The notes: generated by a model from the sequence alone, not told the origin. A stretch of 64,000 nucleotides of DNA from Octopus vulgaris (GCA_951406725.2 OX597826.1:41416001-41480000); one strand, 5' to 3'. Counted from the stretch's first letter, positions 14,489 through 29,983 are shown. A program made the numbers and translations.

Positions 14489-15739
14489 TATATATAAATA
14501 TATATGTATATTTATACAATATATGTCTATGTATATATATATATATATACATTTGTATAAATATATGTATATACATGTTGTGTATATACATATGTGTAGT
14601 GTGTATAAACTTTAAACAGAAGTAAACGATTTATGAATACGAGCTCAGATTAGATGAAAAGTGTGGTCAGAATTGACCACTTGACTTCAATCAAGGTCTA
14701 TAATAATCTAGACGACAGTTAACTTTTCATCCAAGCGATTCAGCTGGCCTTCTGAACTCAAATTGCTACCTATTAAGTGTCAGTCTTCAGCCCTAGTGTT
14801 TATATCTACCTCACCAAGCATATAAGATCTCTGCTATTTCGTAGCACTTAAAAATATGAATGCATAAACAACAACAGTTCATGCTTTATATTCTTTTTTC
14901 ATTATTCAATAGTTTTCACACTCGAAACTATGTTGTAACGTTCTGAAAATGTCTACAGCATACTTAATGTTGGAAAATCAACATAACGGACAAAGGTTGA
15001 TATTTTCTACTATAAACTTTTCCTTATTTATGTAAGTATGAGAATCTGCCATAGCTGTCACTTCTGTTACAGTCGGCCGATATTTGTTTTTGTTTTCCCC
15101 CTTCTGAATAGAAAAAAAACTGCAAATTACCTTTAAAGCCACTTGTATAGCAACTAGATCGTTTTTGCCCTGCTCCACCTGTCTGACTACTCATCAACGC
15201 CTACAATAAGACTTAACTTACAAATGAAATATGTACAGACCTCATTCGATCACATGTCATCGGGGTCATATCCGGTCCGAAGTGTACTGAAAAAGCGACG
15301 TAGCCTGTATTTTTGGCCGTGACCTTTATATTTCTGCTGAACACTTATTGATGCACCATCCTTCCAGCAGGCGTGTGGCGCATGGCTTCTAACTGCCTTC
15401 TCAATATATCTTCAGTTTCCAGTAATGATCACATACTTTCATTTGCTTTGAGCCTGTAAAGAGTGCACATTTCTTGTCAGAGGTTCGCAACGATTTTTTT
15501 CGAATCCTATTTCAAGGGCATAGAGCAACTACTTCATATTTAAAAAGAACAGATGTAATTTTCTTCTTTACTTGGGTAGATTCCTCTGTTAAGGAGCCAC
15601 TTTTCACTGCCATATTTTTTCTATATTGCAGTATGTACACATACATACATACATACATACATACATACATACATACATACATACATACATACATACACAC
15701 ACACACATACATACATATATACATATATACCTTTAAAGG

Positions 15740-18290
15740 CAGTTCATTGAGCAGCATTCCTTGTCAGATAACCTTAATACATGCCCAAAGAAGTCGCACG
15801 ACTCTACCGCAATGTATCATCAGATGAAAGAATGAGCTTATATAAGCAGACGACTATGCATGGAGATGTTAGTAGAAATCTCAGAGATAGTAATCATCCA
15901 AAAAGCGCCACACATAGATTGGTTGAAAATATTTCAAAAAGAATATCAAATGAGGAAAAGTTTAAAGCATAATGTAGACTATTGTAACTTAGCCCTAAGT
16001 AAGGCAAGGTATAAACAAAAATTAAAATACTATGGACCAAAAGAAAACTATAGTAATAACAATGTAAATAAGGCAGAAGTCAACCAAACGTTAAAATACT
16101 GTAGTAAAAACGAAAGTTATAACAACAGAAACTATACACTAAATAAAAATTGCAATAATAGGACCGGAATAGGAATAAATAAGCATAGAAAAAAATAACT
16201 AACAAAGGAACTCAACATGTAATAGATATGAATAAAAGACATAACAACGGAATGATATCAATTAAAACAAAAAACAAACCAACAAAAAACAAAAAAAAAA
16301 CATATAGCGCGAATAGAAACAATGAAGACCGAATAAGACTTAAAAGTAATGGAAAGATTAAAAGGCCAAAAACTGAATACTACAGCAATAATAGTAGTGA
16401 TAATTGTGAATGCTCAAGTAAAAAATAGATAAGATGGAAAGGAACAAATGGGTTGATATCCAAAACTTATACAATAAAATTCCTAAAAACACAACAAAAC
16501 TCTATACCCCATATATAAATACAATTAACCTACATAAAGATTATTTCAATAGAAATTCCGATGAAAACAATATTACATGGCTAATAATTTCGTTTGCAAA
16601 ACAAATTAAAACCAATTTAATGAAACTGTTCTATAAATCTGTCTCCAAACATTTTACAGAGGAAAGTAAATACACAAGATAATAAACGCACGTAATCTAA
16701 AAGTGGGCTTCTGCGTTTCAAAAAACATCGCACAAGTTATATCTGCACCGAATAATAAAAAATTGAATGATTTCTAATAGAGATAAAGACAATCCAGATC
16801 ATCTGCTTGTCGACCATAATGATGTTGATCATAACGAAAGTATAGAAAACACAAGTGGAGGAAGAGAGTTAACCCATAATGTCTCCCAATTCGATGACAA
16901 AAAGAAAAACAAATCGCATCTCAGTAAAATGAGAAAATTGATAACAATAAAAGTAATAACATTAGCAATAACCCGGAAAAATATGAGAATACTTATAACG
17001 GAAGCAATGAACACAAAATAAGTATAAATACAAATATTAAGTCAGATAAGAAACAGAGTATCTCGCCCCCACAAAAAGAAAACTATGGTTAGGAACCAAA
17101 ACATTAGAGAAAACAAAATGGAAATAATCCTATAGACGGGGAAATTAGGTACAGCATTATTAAAAGGGAAATTGAAAATGTAAGTTGCGATTGTAAATTT
17201 AAAAACCACTGTCCATTAAAGCACTTTTGCAAACAAAGAAGTTTAATGTAGTGGTGTGAGATAGAATCTGAGGGACAAAATTACTACTGTATAGGCTCCA
17301 CTGAAAATTACATAAACAACAGAATAGTTGACCATAAAAGCACCTTTAAAGACAAGAATAAAATAGCTAGCACCAGCTTAAACAGATTAATATGGGAGAT
17401 AAAAGATAAAATCAAGGAATATAAGTTAAAATGGGAAGTAATTAGCCGAGCAAAATCTTATACCATTGGGGACAAGAGGTGTGACTTATGTATCGAGGAA
17501 ATTTTCCAGATAACTTCTAAGCATAAACTTATCAACAGCAAAAGAGAAAGAAGATTACTCTGCCCATAGAGGATTAAATACATATTTAAGAAATACAATT
17601 AAAATAGAAAAAATTAAATAGCAGCAAGTCTAATAGACAATATAAAAACACAAGTTCTAGAAGATATGTCTAAGATGTAGATATAATAATAATAACAATA
17701 TAACTCAAATCCTTGAGAGGTAAGACACAACCACCACATAACAAAAGACAAAAGTGAAACCTAGCCCAATCACGTGATACATAGAAAACAATACCCCAGT
17801 TAAATAGATGTAATTAAATTAAATATAATATAAAAATTAACCCCAGACACCAAGAATTATGACTAGTACACCTATAAAATAATTAATAAATTAATAAAAA
17901 TTATAGTATCAATTCGAGTTCTTTCAATGAATGATATAAATTAAAATGAAATAAATAGATTTACTTACTAGTAAATATATAAACGAAAAATAAATATATG
18001 TATACCTATAACAGTTTCTTTGTTTCAAACATGTCAACACGCACACGCACGCATAAATAAACGCATGCTGCTATTTTAGGCTGTTGATGAACGCTCAATG
18101 AATTAGGATGTAAAAACAATTGTGTCAGTTTTCGGCCTGAAGAAATATTTACCTTCGTTATTTCATAATGCAATTTTAATTGTAATTTGAATGAAGATTG
18201 ATATGGAAACGATCGTAAGCTTACATAATTGACAAAATGTAAATAAATTGATTATGCTGTGTCCAAACTATACATTTTCTTTATGATATA
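15740..18290 (+). pseudogene. Decayed Penelope-like element (thumb/linker, GIY-YIG endonuclease, 3' pLTR)
   Basis: DSNHPKS..RLVENISKRIS, NITW..SFAKQIKTN..K.F..V.KHF, CDC..HCPL..FC, IGSTE, WEVISRAKSY..GDKRCDLCIEE, LINSKRE..CP. Many stops. Hammerhead-like motifs at 18079-18221. Confidence 0.8.
18133..18221 (+). ncRNA. Hammerhead-like motif with long helix II (weak helix I)
   Basis: CTGAAGA 18137-43, GAAA 18206-09, palindromic ACGATCGT helix III, GTA triplet at 18215-17. Confidence 0.55.
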
Positions 18291-19000
18291 ATATGACATA
18301 TTACTATAACTATACACATACTTACACACACAGGCGCGCGCACACACACACACAATTTATAAGTATATGGTAGTGTATCAAACTATATTAACCAAGGTGC
18401 TTTCCCTTTCTGAAAATAGCAGACTGTTTAGGTTCAGTGAGATTTGGCTGTTATTTCTAGTAAGTAACCCAACCATTTGCACGTTCTCTCATTGTCTCAA
18501 TGGCTGGAGTTAAACCGACCTTAACATACTTGTTTTCTCGTGTGAAAAATTATAGAAAAGCTTGCTTTGTTATCCGTAAAAAATGGAGCGAGACACTGTT
18601 AGAAACAGAATAGAGATAATCGCTTCTTACCAGGTTAGAAGTCAAATGCAAAATGCTTTTATTATAAAAGTTTTTTTTATTGAATGACTAATTCAATTCT
18701 AAAATGATTATTGTTAACATTTAGTCGAAGTGAAACGAAATAAAGAGAAATGAAAAGAAAAATTCATAAGCATGAAAAGAATAAATCTTAACACAGACTA
18801 TGTATGTATGTATGTATGTATGTATGTATGTATGTATGTATGTATGTATGTATGTATGTATGTATGTATGTATGTATGTATGCATATATGTATGCATGTA
18901 TGTATCTGATAATGTAAGCACATATGCACCAAATATACATGTATCGTATATATATATATATATATGTAAGTACATGTGCACCAAATATCCATACATATAT

Positions 19001-19076
<76 letters not shown>

Positions 19077-19180
19077 TTATAATATACAGAATACAGTATA
19101 TGTATGTACATTTACATTATATGTACATATGTTGCATAGTCATATATATATATATATATATATATACAGGTGTATGTGCG

Positions 19181-19224
<44 letters not shown>

Positions 19225-19381
19225 AAGAAAGAAAGAAAGAAAGAAAGAGAAAGAGAGAAAGGGAGAGAGAGAAAAACACTTCCTAATGAATATCGTTTCA
19301 GAAAATATTATCTACATTTTACATAAAGATTTGCATTTGTTTTTTGTTCATGTGTCTATTAATTCGTCCATTTATAACATA

Positions 19382-19893
19382 TCTACATATATAAAACTGT
19401 AGTTGTGTGAGTGCCTGTCCCCTTCGATTTAGATTCCTAACTACTCCCACATTTTGCGGTGCAGTTTAACCAAAACTGGGTATCTTATAGTCGTGATTCA
19501 TATCGAGCCCGTCTGAGTATTAGCGCGCGTCTACGATGAGTCTACGATTTTAAAAATAATTTAACATCATTTTTTATTCCATTTTAATGCATAATTTTTC
19601 GTGTGTCGATGGCGGCGGAGTTGGCGTCCATGGTCACACCTGCACCTGTTTGCTTCTCCCCCTTCTTCCCTCCCTCGTGAAGCTGTGGGGAAGGGAGTGT
19701 AAGGAAATCAACGTCGTAAAGCGTTGTCAAGGAGACCAGCGTTCTTTTAGAACAACGACTTCATGGCTTGAAGACACCAAAATAGAAATGGCTAAGAAAG
19801 CCCGAATTGGCATCTATAAGGGAAGTAACTCTCTAAAATGCTTATATAGTTATTTCCCTTACAAACCCGAGCAACGCCGGGCGATACTGCTAG
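19382..19893 (+). mobile_element. Non-autonomous Helitron (~512 bp)
   Basis: A|TC 5' end, CTAG|T 3' end, subterminal hairpin CCCGAGCAACGCCGGG. Near-identical second copy at 56256-56767(-). Confidence 0.9.
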
Positions 19894-19920
19894 TATATAT
19901 ATATATACAGGTGTATGTGC

Positions 19921-19971
<51 letters not shown>

Positions 19972-20819
19972 AAGAAAGAAAGAAAGAGAAAGAGAGAAAG
20001 GGAGAGAGAGAGAAACACTTCCTAATGAATATCGTTTCAGAAAATATTATCTACATTTTAAATAAAGATTTGCATATGTTTTTTGTTCATGTGTCTATTA
20101 ATTCGTCCATTTATAACATATTTGTAAATAAACATGGCGTCGAAAACAAAGCGTGACCAAATTATCGCATTGGAAACAACTGGAGTGAGCGACAAGTGCA
20201 TAACAAGTAAATATTCGCTTTTTGTTTATTAGAAGCATCGTCAAAATGTGTATTGTACGATAAAAATAATAGGATGATGATTTTTTTCGAACGCAGATTT
20301 GTTCTATAATGCTAAAGTATTTAGCGTCTAATGCAGCGGATGAATTTGTCAGTGGGCAGTTTAGCTTAATGATAAAGTACTCAGCCGGACTGTTTGAGGG
20401 ATGTGTACTTACTCCATCAGTATATTTTGCTGACCCACTAGGTTACAGGGACGTAAACACACCAATACTGGTAATGAAGCGGTGATGGGAACAAATACTG
20501 ATTCAAAGACACACGCATAAATATCTACATACATACATGGGTTATGAAATAGTGTAATTCACTCAGAATTAGTTATATTATTAATTAAGTTCAATTAAGT
20601 TTGTTTTTGTTTTGGAAAGAATATAATACAAAAGCTTTAACTTTTATATAAATAACTATGGAAGACTGGTGGGAATATCATCAGCATGGACGTCAAGTGT
20701 TAGGTTGCTATTTAGTTAGATAATTTAGGAGTTAGTTATAAGTTTACTTATTGATTTTATTTACCGATACTGTTTTTGTACCTAGGGTAAATGTGTTTGT
20801 TGTAATTCTATTAATGCTA

Positions 20820-21020
20820 GTGTTTAATCCTTCCTAGGATTAAGATTGAATGAACGTGGTGATATATATGGTATGTTTGTTCCCAAACAACACTTATTTT
20901 AGTGATGTTTACACCGCCGGATTGAACGGTACTGTCCAGGTGTCGAAACCATAGTGATATCCGTGGGGCAGCTGATGATGGAGGTATGTTGGATTGTTGG
21001 TATGGCTGTTTTTGTATGAG
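20820..21020 (-). pseudogene. Possible degraded PLE GIY-YIG C-terminus
   Basis: Weak resemblance (RCK..., WEQ.YHI.., NPRKD) to the PLE endonuclease C-terminus. Confidence 0.3.
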
Positions 21021-21580
21021 CGGCATAATTTTATAAGACATCTGTTTGACCTACATACATACATACATGCTTACATACATACAAACATACATACATACAT
21101 ACATATATATATATATAAATATGTATGTGTGTGTGCGTGTGTGTATATATATATATATATATACACGCGCATACACACACAAACATACACACATATATTA
21201 ATTGATTGTGTCTCTATCATCAAAAATAGGCCCCGCGTTGGCTCTGAATTCTAAAGAAAATCTGTTAAGATAAACCTATATAAGTTATGTAGGCGAGCAA
21301 ACAGAAACTGCAATGTCACTGTCCGCCTTTTCCTTGTAAAAGTTAATAAATATATACATCTGCGCATGTGCGTATACATATATACATATATTGTTGTTTA
21401 GCTGTATTTACCAAAGAAAACCTTTACCCATGCATACACACACATATTAGTGATGTTGTTTGGCGTAAAGGACTGACAATAGTTATATGAAAGGAAAGTA
21501 AATACAAAACATCGACTGAGGGCCCTGTTTTGTTATGAAATACTATCGTGCAGTAATTGCGCCATGATATTGATTACAAC

Positions 21581-21590
21581 ATATCATCAT

Positions 21591-21621
<31 letters not shown>

Positions 21622-21622
21622 A

Positions 21623-21672
<50 letters not shown>

Positions 21673-21688
21673 GTTATTATTATTATTA

Positions 21689-21731
<43 letters not shown>

Positions 21732-21746
21732 TTATTATTATTATTA

Positions 21747-21787
<41 letters not shown>

Positions 21788-21811
21788 TATTATTATTATG
21801 TTATTATTATT
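21581..21811. repeat. (TCA)/(TTG)n/(TTA)n compound microsatellite
   Basis: Read directly from the sequence. Confidence 0.95.
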
Positions 21812-21837
21812 ATGCAAATATCTTTGTATATATAATG

Positions 21838-21883
<46 letters not shown>

Positions 21884-21920
21884 CAAATATCTTTGTATAC
21901 ATATGTATATACATATACAT

Positions 21921-21953
<33 letters not shown>

Positions 21954-22404
21954 GATATATATATATACATATATATTTTGGATTTCCTTGTTTACAGTGA
22001 AGCATCTTATACTATAGTTACATGAAACCGCACAGAAGGAGCGCAATTAGAAATCCTACACACACACACAGATACACCCCCACACACACACACACACACA
22101 AACACACACGCACGCACACACACAAGCGCGCACACATACACAGACACATTCATACTTTTTTGAAAGACATAACTTACATATATGTATTTATTTCATGTGA
22201 TGGAAAATGGATAATTTTCTTCACGACCTGCATTCTCCTACCAGGGTATCATATGATTCCGGGGGTACTTTCATATCCCCCCCTGTTCATGTATAATCTC
22301 TTTCTCTGTACATTTACCCCGACCAAATCTTACATCGCCAGCCATTTTAGTTGTTGTTGATATTGTTAAGCAGTATTTACCAAATCAAATTATTGGACCT
22401 TCTT

Positions 22405-22705
22405 TCTTCTTCTTCTTCTTCTTCTTCTTCTTCTTCTTCTTCTTCTTCTTCTTCTTCTTCTTCTTCTTCTTCTTCTTCTTCTTCTTCTTCTTCTTCTTCT
22501 TCTTCTTCTTCTTCTTCTTCTTCTTCTTCTTCTTCTTCTTCTTCTTCTTCTTCTTCTTCTTCTTCTTCTTCTTCTTCTTCTTCTTCTTCTTCTTCTTCTT
22601 CTTCTTCTTCTTCTTCTTCTTCTTCTTGTTGTTGTTGTTGTTGTTGTTGTTCTTCTTCTTCTTCTTCTTCTTCTTCTTCTTCTTCTTCTGCTGCTGCTGC
22701 TGCTG

Positions 22706-22760
<55 letters not shown>

Positions 22761-22800
22761 AAGTAGTGGTATTAGTAGTAGTAGTAGTAGTTGTAGTAAT
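22405..22800. repeat. Compound trinucleotide repeat (TCT)n(TGT)n(TCT)n(GCT)n(ACT)n...(AGT)n
   Basis: Read directly from the sequence. Confidence 0.95.
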
Positions 22801-23411
22801 TGACACAATAAGTGTTGTTATTTTGAGAAAGGAGTATGAGCGGGAAGGTTAGGAGAGTGTGAGTCACTGTGGTGTGTGTGGCGGGGTCCATGGGTGAACT
22901 GATGGCTGTTTCTCTATTTTCTTCTAATTTTTTTTTTTTAATATTTTGAAACCAGCGATTCTTGGTGGTACGTTTTCGGCACCAGCATGGCGGTTCCAGT
23001 TCTTGTTTTGTCTTCACAATTATGTTTTAGATACGTCAGGTTGATTTGTTGGTGTAGTTTGATTAAAATACCAACACCCTTACCACCAGTTCCGAATCTG
23101 CTTTTTTAAGGTTTACATTTTAGATGTGTAATAGGAGCAACTGATAAACTGATATTGGTGTTTTTTGAGTATTTCAGTAGGCACAAACATTTATAGTTCA
23201 TCCATTATCGCCTCTCTCCCCCATCACCAAAAGCTAGAAAAATGATCAAAACACAACGAAAAAAATCAAACAAACAGTATCTAAAGAGTTATGTTTAAAG
23301 AAAAAACAAACAAATGCTTATTTCAGTTTTTTTGGATTTCTAAATGTCTCCTGGATTATCCTGCGTTGAGCAAAGTATGGATTTGATTGGTTATAGTTAA
23401 ACAAAATCCGA

Positions 23412-23597
23412 GGCGGTATTTCGTCTGTCGTTACGTTCTGAGTTCAAATTCCGCCGAGGTCAACTTTGCCTTTCATCCTCTCGGGGTCGATAAATAAAGT
23501 ACCAGTTTCGCACTGGGTCGATGTAATCGACTTAATCCCTTTGTCTGTCCTTGTCTGTCCCCTCTGTGTTGAGCCCCTTGTGGGTAGTAAGGAAATA
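23412..23597 (+). mobile_element. SINE family A
   Basis: Matches 42093-42320. Confidence 0.9.
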
Positions 23598-24677
23598 TAT
23601 AGTTAAACAAAACACTGGATAAAGAATATTTGAATCACGCCACTCTGCTGTGGTTCTATGTACGTCTTTAAAGTGGAAGATTAAAGGGAATCACATAGCC
23701 CTAAGCGGGGTGCAAAATGTCTTAAATAAATATAGGATGGTCATTCTAGGATTGTCTTTAATGATATCTGCTCAATTAGGGTTGACGTAAGATTAAGTAA
23801 AAACGAGTTTAATAACCTCTGTAGATAAGGAAATAGGCCTAAGATCGTAATGAGTTGTGCTCACAGGCAAATGTTACTTCAAAAGTCGACGCCAATTCAT
23901 TTAATTCATCATGCAAAGCCTCTTGGGAAAGGCGAAAATGTCACAACATTCATAATAAAATACAGCTGACGTCCGCAGAAAGAGCGGGTAGCTATTGTAA
24001 ACTTGACGTAGTTCTCTTTAGACGACGTTCTTAAGCTGAAATTTTCCCACGAATGTTACCTGAACAGAAATATGTTCCGGTGAGTTGACTCACCCTACAT
24101 ACATTCTGTATGACATAACAGCAACATAATAGAAGTTACGAGAGTGATTGATACCGCTGCTGTTTAGCCGCAGTCTTGCGTATTAATGTTAAAGTTATTT
24201 CGGCAGCAGTTAAGAAACCTCTTTAAGAAGTTAACAGGCTTAAGTGACATTTCAAATAACAAGACGAAGTTAATCAGCTTTTACGAGTTCAGTCCATAAT
24301 ATACAATACCTGGCATATAAACATGCATTGCTCGAATCATGTATGAAACGTCAATGCAGAACAGGTTATGCATGATAAATGTACCCATACACATACACAT
24401 GCTTATGTATGTATGTATGTATGTATGTATGTATGTATGTATGTATGTATGTATGTATGTATGTATGTATCTATGTTCCCGGTATGGGAACGCTTTCTTT
24501 TAAATAGCGGTGCCCCAGCATGGCCACAGCTCGTGAGCTGAAACTAGTGAAGGAAAAAAGTGAGGAATATATATATATATATAATATAATATAATATGAT
24601 ATAATATAATAATTGCGAATGTCAGTGTGTCACACTTTTTCAACTTTACTCATTTTGGAATGAGGCCGACTCCGTGA

Positions 24678-24828
24678 GTAAATTAAAAACATTCCGGGCC
24701 AAATCTAGACCCACAATCCTGAGATTTTGGATTCCCAAGTTTGTTATAGACGATTCTTTTATGTAAATTAAAAAGCATTCCGGGCCGAATCCGGGCCCAC
24801 AATCCTGAAATTTTGGATTCCCAAATTT
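24678..24828. repeat. Two-copy tandem repeat, ~85-bp period
   Basis: gtaaattaaaaa(g)cattccgggcc.aatc..g.cccacaatcctga.attttggattcccaa occurs twice. Confidence 0.8.
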
Positions 24829-25041
24829 TCATTACTGCGATTGTTTACGGTGATTTTTTTTCCGTGATTTTTTTTGCAACGAATATAATCATCATTGGGA
24901 TGTGACTCTGAAGGAACCAATTGCAACAAATTCTCCAAAACAAGTTAGAAATCTGTCAGAGATCTTCCCATTCGGAGTCAATAGATTAAAAGCGATATAC
25001 TAGCTTAAAAGTCACTGCATTGGGTGGCTTTTTAGCTCCTA

Positions 25042-25948
<907 letters not shown>

Positions 25949-25959
25949 TATGTACTTAT

Positions 25960-26038
<79 letters not shown>

Positions 26039-26589
26039 CACCAAAAATTACAAAGAATACTGAGACGGGCATATCTTTAGATTTTTCTATTAATTTAACA
26101 GTTAATTATACAGCATAATTATTTAGTTAAAATGACTTCCCTTTGTATCTTAAGCATAGAAGAATAATGAAATAAGCTAGCCACGAATTAATAAATTCAG
26201 TTTGCTTCGAATCACGTTTGCAGAAGATCCTGAATGAAGATGCATGACATGGTGTGGTGGGTTGCATACGCAACTACTGATACTCTGTGCAGCAGAAACA
26301 AGTGTCGGTCATTTTAAATGACTAATTATCAAACTAACTCACTAATTTAACTTTGAGAATTTTATAATGGAAAAAGAAAGAAAATGTTTTCATTTTTATC
26401 TAAATGTGTTACCGGTTTCCATCGTTTTCAAGCTGATTTACTCATGCTGTAAGAGAAGAGTTAAAATAAATTTAAATAAATAAAATTAAATTCATTTTTC
26501 ATGTTATCAGTAATTGAAGTTCCTTCATTTTTCGAACAAAATTCACATGGTGGTGGCATGTATACATACATGCACACATACACACGTAC

Positions 26590-27240
26590 ACACACGACGC
26601 TGACCTCTACAAATATTCCAAGATATTCTGACCTCTACAACTGCATGACTTTTTTCCTTATTCCAAAGAACAATATCAAATCTATTATGTTTGTCCCGAA
26701 TTGCTGTTTTTACTGGAGTGTTCCACCAGTATTCCTTGTTTTTAAAGGTGTTGATACGTGCTGGTTCTGATATGCTTTCGATGTATATGTCAGGGCAATC
26801 CTTCATGCAGATAGCATTGTAAATAGTCATGGGCAAGAAGTATCTCGAAGACATTTTGGGAGAGCTGATGATGTGTCTGATATCTTGCACACTGGTATAG
26901 CAGAACTGATATTTTCTATCAAAACATGTAGGATTCGTGGCATCTTTGTCCCTCTTGCTTATCAGGTTTCTAGTAGCTGTCTCCTGGATATCGCAAGTCC
27001 AGGAGAGGCTACTCTTCCTGTCAATGTTGTTGTTGCCCTCTATCTTACGGGATATGTACTTATGCATTGCTTTTTGCTAGTATGATGCCTACTTCTCCTC
27101 CAAGCTTCTGTTTAGGTAGGCCAGCCCAGCCTCTTGAGACAGGTGTATTCTCAGAGTAACGGCACAGTAGTTCTTCTCTGTTGTTCTCACTTTTGAATAT
27201 GCATGCATGTACTCGTTTCTTTCTTTACTGTTCAGAAGGT
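26590..27240 (-). pseudogene. RLE-type non-LTR retrotransposon C-terminal fragment (R4/NeSL-like)
   Basis: ORF 26543-27067: IQE..TRNL, degraded Zn-knuckle DIRHIISS, YWWN.P.KT....HNRFDIVLWNK...VVEV. Confidence 0.75.
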
Positions 27241-27457
27241 GTTGTCGGAGTGATACAATATGACATTCAAACGCTGTATGTATGTACGTACGAACGTATG
27301 TCTGCATGTATGTAAGTAAGTAATTAAGTAAGTATGTATGTATGTATGTATGTATGTATGTATGTATGTATGTATGTATGTATGTATACATAATGATACA
27401 CACGCCACGCACACGCACATGCACACAGACATATAGTTATATATGTTTATATACATG

Positions 27458-27490
<33 letters not shown>

Positions 27491-27601
27491 GTTTCTTTCT
27501 CCCTCCCTCTTTCCCTGTCTCTCTTTCTGTCATATATATATATATAATGTACTCACACACACACACACACATATATATATTTATATATATATATGTATAT
27601 A

Positions 27602-27681
<80 letters not shown>

Positions 27682-27686
27682 TATAC

Positions 27687-27761
<75 letters not shown>

Positions 27762-28164
27762 TTTCTACAGCAAAAATAGGTGAAAGAAAATAGAGAAATC
27801 TGAGGAAATGGAACAGTTAATCTGAAGTGGAAGGAATATAATCAATGAGGATGATAGAATAAGAGAATAGAGACGGTTATTGGTAATCCGTAGAAGAGAT
27901 ATTCTCTAAATCTCTTTTGACAAAATAACTAATTCCAGAAAGACTGCTAAATCCGCCGTGAGAGCTTTGAAGTTTCTGACTTAAAAGAATTAGTCGTATA
28001 TGATCCCCGATTAGCTTACCTGTGCATGCATGTGTACGCGTGTATGTGTGTGTGCGTGTGTGTCTGTGTGTATGAGTGTATGAATGTGAGTGTGTGTGTG
28101 TGTATGTGTCATTTATGTCTTTGTTTGCGGAAGTGTATGTGTGAAATTGTGTATATGTGTGTGA

Positions 28165-28197
<33 letters not shown>

Positions 28198-28793
28198 AAA
28201 GTGTGTGGTATTTGTGTATGAGTATTCGTGTTTATATGTGTGGGTATATTCGTTTCTTTGTAGAAGTGTGTGTATGTATGAGGCCATGAATATGTGTATC
28301 TGTATGCATGTATGTGTGTATGTGATAGAATTAGAGTAAGGAGGTGAGAGGTTAAAGGAGAGGGGGATGGAAGCCTCACGAAGGTAGGTTATGTCAGTCA
28401 ATAGGTTAATAAGAGTTTGTCTCTAGAATAGTAAAATGGTCGTCTGTCATCAACGAAGTTGTCTCCGGCTGTCATCTAGGACTGAACAGAAGGGAGAGTG
28501 AGAGAAAGAGAGAGAGAGAGAAAGAGAGAGAGTAATGGAGAGAGGGAGTAACAGAGAAAGAAAGAGCTAGAGGGAGAGAGATAGAGAGAGCAATGGAGAG
28601 AGGGAGTAATAGAAAGAAAGAGCTAGAGGGAGAGAGAGAGAAAGAGAGAGAGGGAGTAACAGAGAAAGAAAGAGCTAGAGGGAGCGAGAGGGAGAGAGAG
28701 TTAAGAGAGGGATAAAAAAAATGAAAAACTTTCAGATGGTAAAGGTTTCAATCGTGGCTCAAAGAAATATCGAATGAACAAAATGTCTCCACA

Positions 28794-28865
<72 letters not shown>

Positions 28866-29565
28866 CACAAGCACGCTCACCTCCTGCTCACTCACCGCGT
28901 TGTCACGCATACACACAGTATATCTATACACTGATCCATTTCTTTTTACCTCCAACTTTTTTTTTTACTTTCTCCGGACTAAGTGGTAGTTAACTGGTGC
29001 TAGTACTGATGTTCATGCTGGTTATAATAGATGTGACTATAGCGATGATGAGAGTAATGTTGAGCTGTTCTCTTGATCTTATTGGTCCAGTTTAACACCC
29101 AAACTTCCAGGGTCAGTCAATACGGTACCAATCAAATATTGAAGTAGACTCTTTTCTTTCTTTCTTTCTTTCTTTCGGGATTGGCTAATTTTCGCCGAGA
29201 AAATGGTCGTGATAAACAAGTCACAGTTTTATTTATTTAGTTTTTTTGCAGAAATGGACAAAATTTAACCTCTTCTAGAGAAAAAAAAGATAAAACCTGA
29301 TTTGTTCTCGGAAACGTCCAAAGATGGAGCAATTGTGATGTACAAGACAAACATAGAAGTAAATAGAAGTAGATATAAGTATAACATACAACTACAACAT
29401 CGAAACGGAAATAAATAAGAAAAATAACTCTTGATTTTTCTTATTTACACCTTTTTGAGGAATTTAAATCGGATTGGGAAGTTGTAAACCAGCTATATGA
29501 TAAAACACCGAGTCGTACTCATTTCTTCAGGAGTCCATGAGAAAGGTGACTAGGATTATTAAAAA

Positions 29566-29643
<78 letters not shown>

Positions 29644-29916
29644 ATGTAAGTGCACATACGAAAGAAAATAGCTCTCAGTACATGTGAGAGTTGCAGTGCT
29701 TGGATCCTATTGTTGAAGAAGTTTTCATCCTACTGGCCAAAAGCTCATCAGGTTGGTATGATGCCCATCATCACTGCCATATTGGTTCCCAGCTAAGTTT
29801 TATTTCATGTTGGAGAACAGATGATATAGATGGGACCAAATCAGGAGGATAGGAAGGGTGATATCAACCAGTTCAAAGCCACAGTCACACGCATGGTGGA
29901 ACCTCGTATATATATA

Positions 29917-29981
<65 letters not shown>

Positions 29982-29983
<2 letters not shown>

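Noticed and set aside
17180-17600. Possible selenocysteine recoding as reported for some Naiad PLEs
   Set aside because: The conserved Cys positions here and at 38116-38520 are TGT/TGC, and the stops seen look like ordinary decay.
19587-20156. Peptide MHNFSCVDGGG.. occurring twice (also at 56300-56563)
   Set aside because: The shared peptide reflects two copies of a non-coding Helitron; no Rep or helicase motifs.
20134-20205. MASKTKRDQIIALETTGVSDKCI, resembling a Tc1 HTH start
   Set aside because: Too short to support a call.
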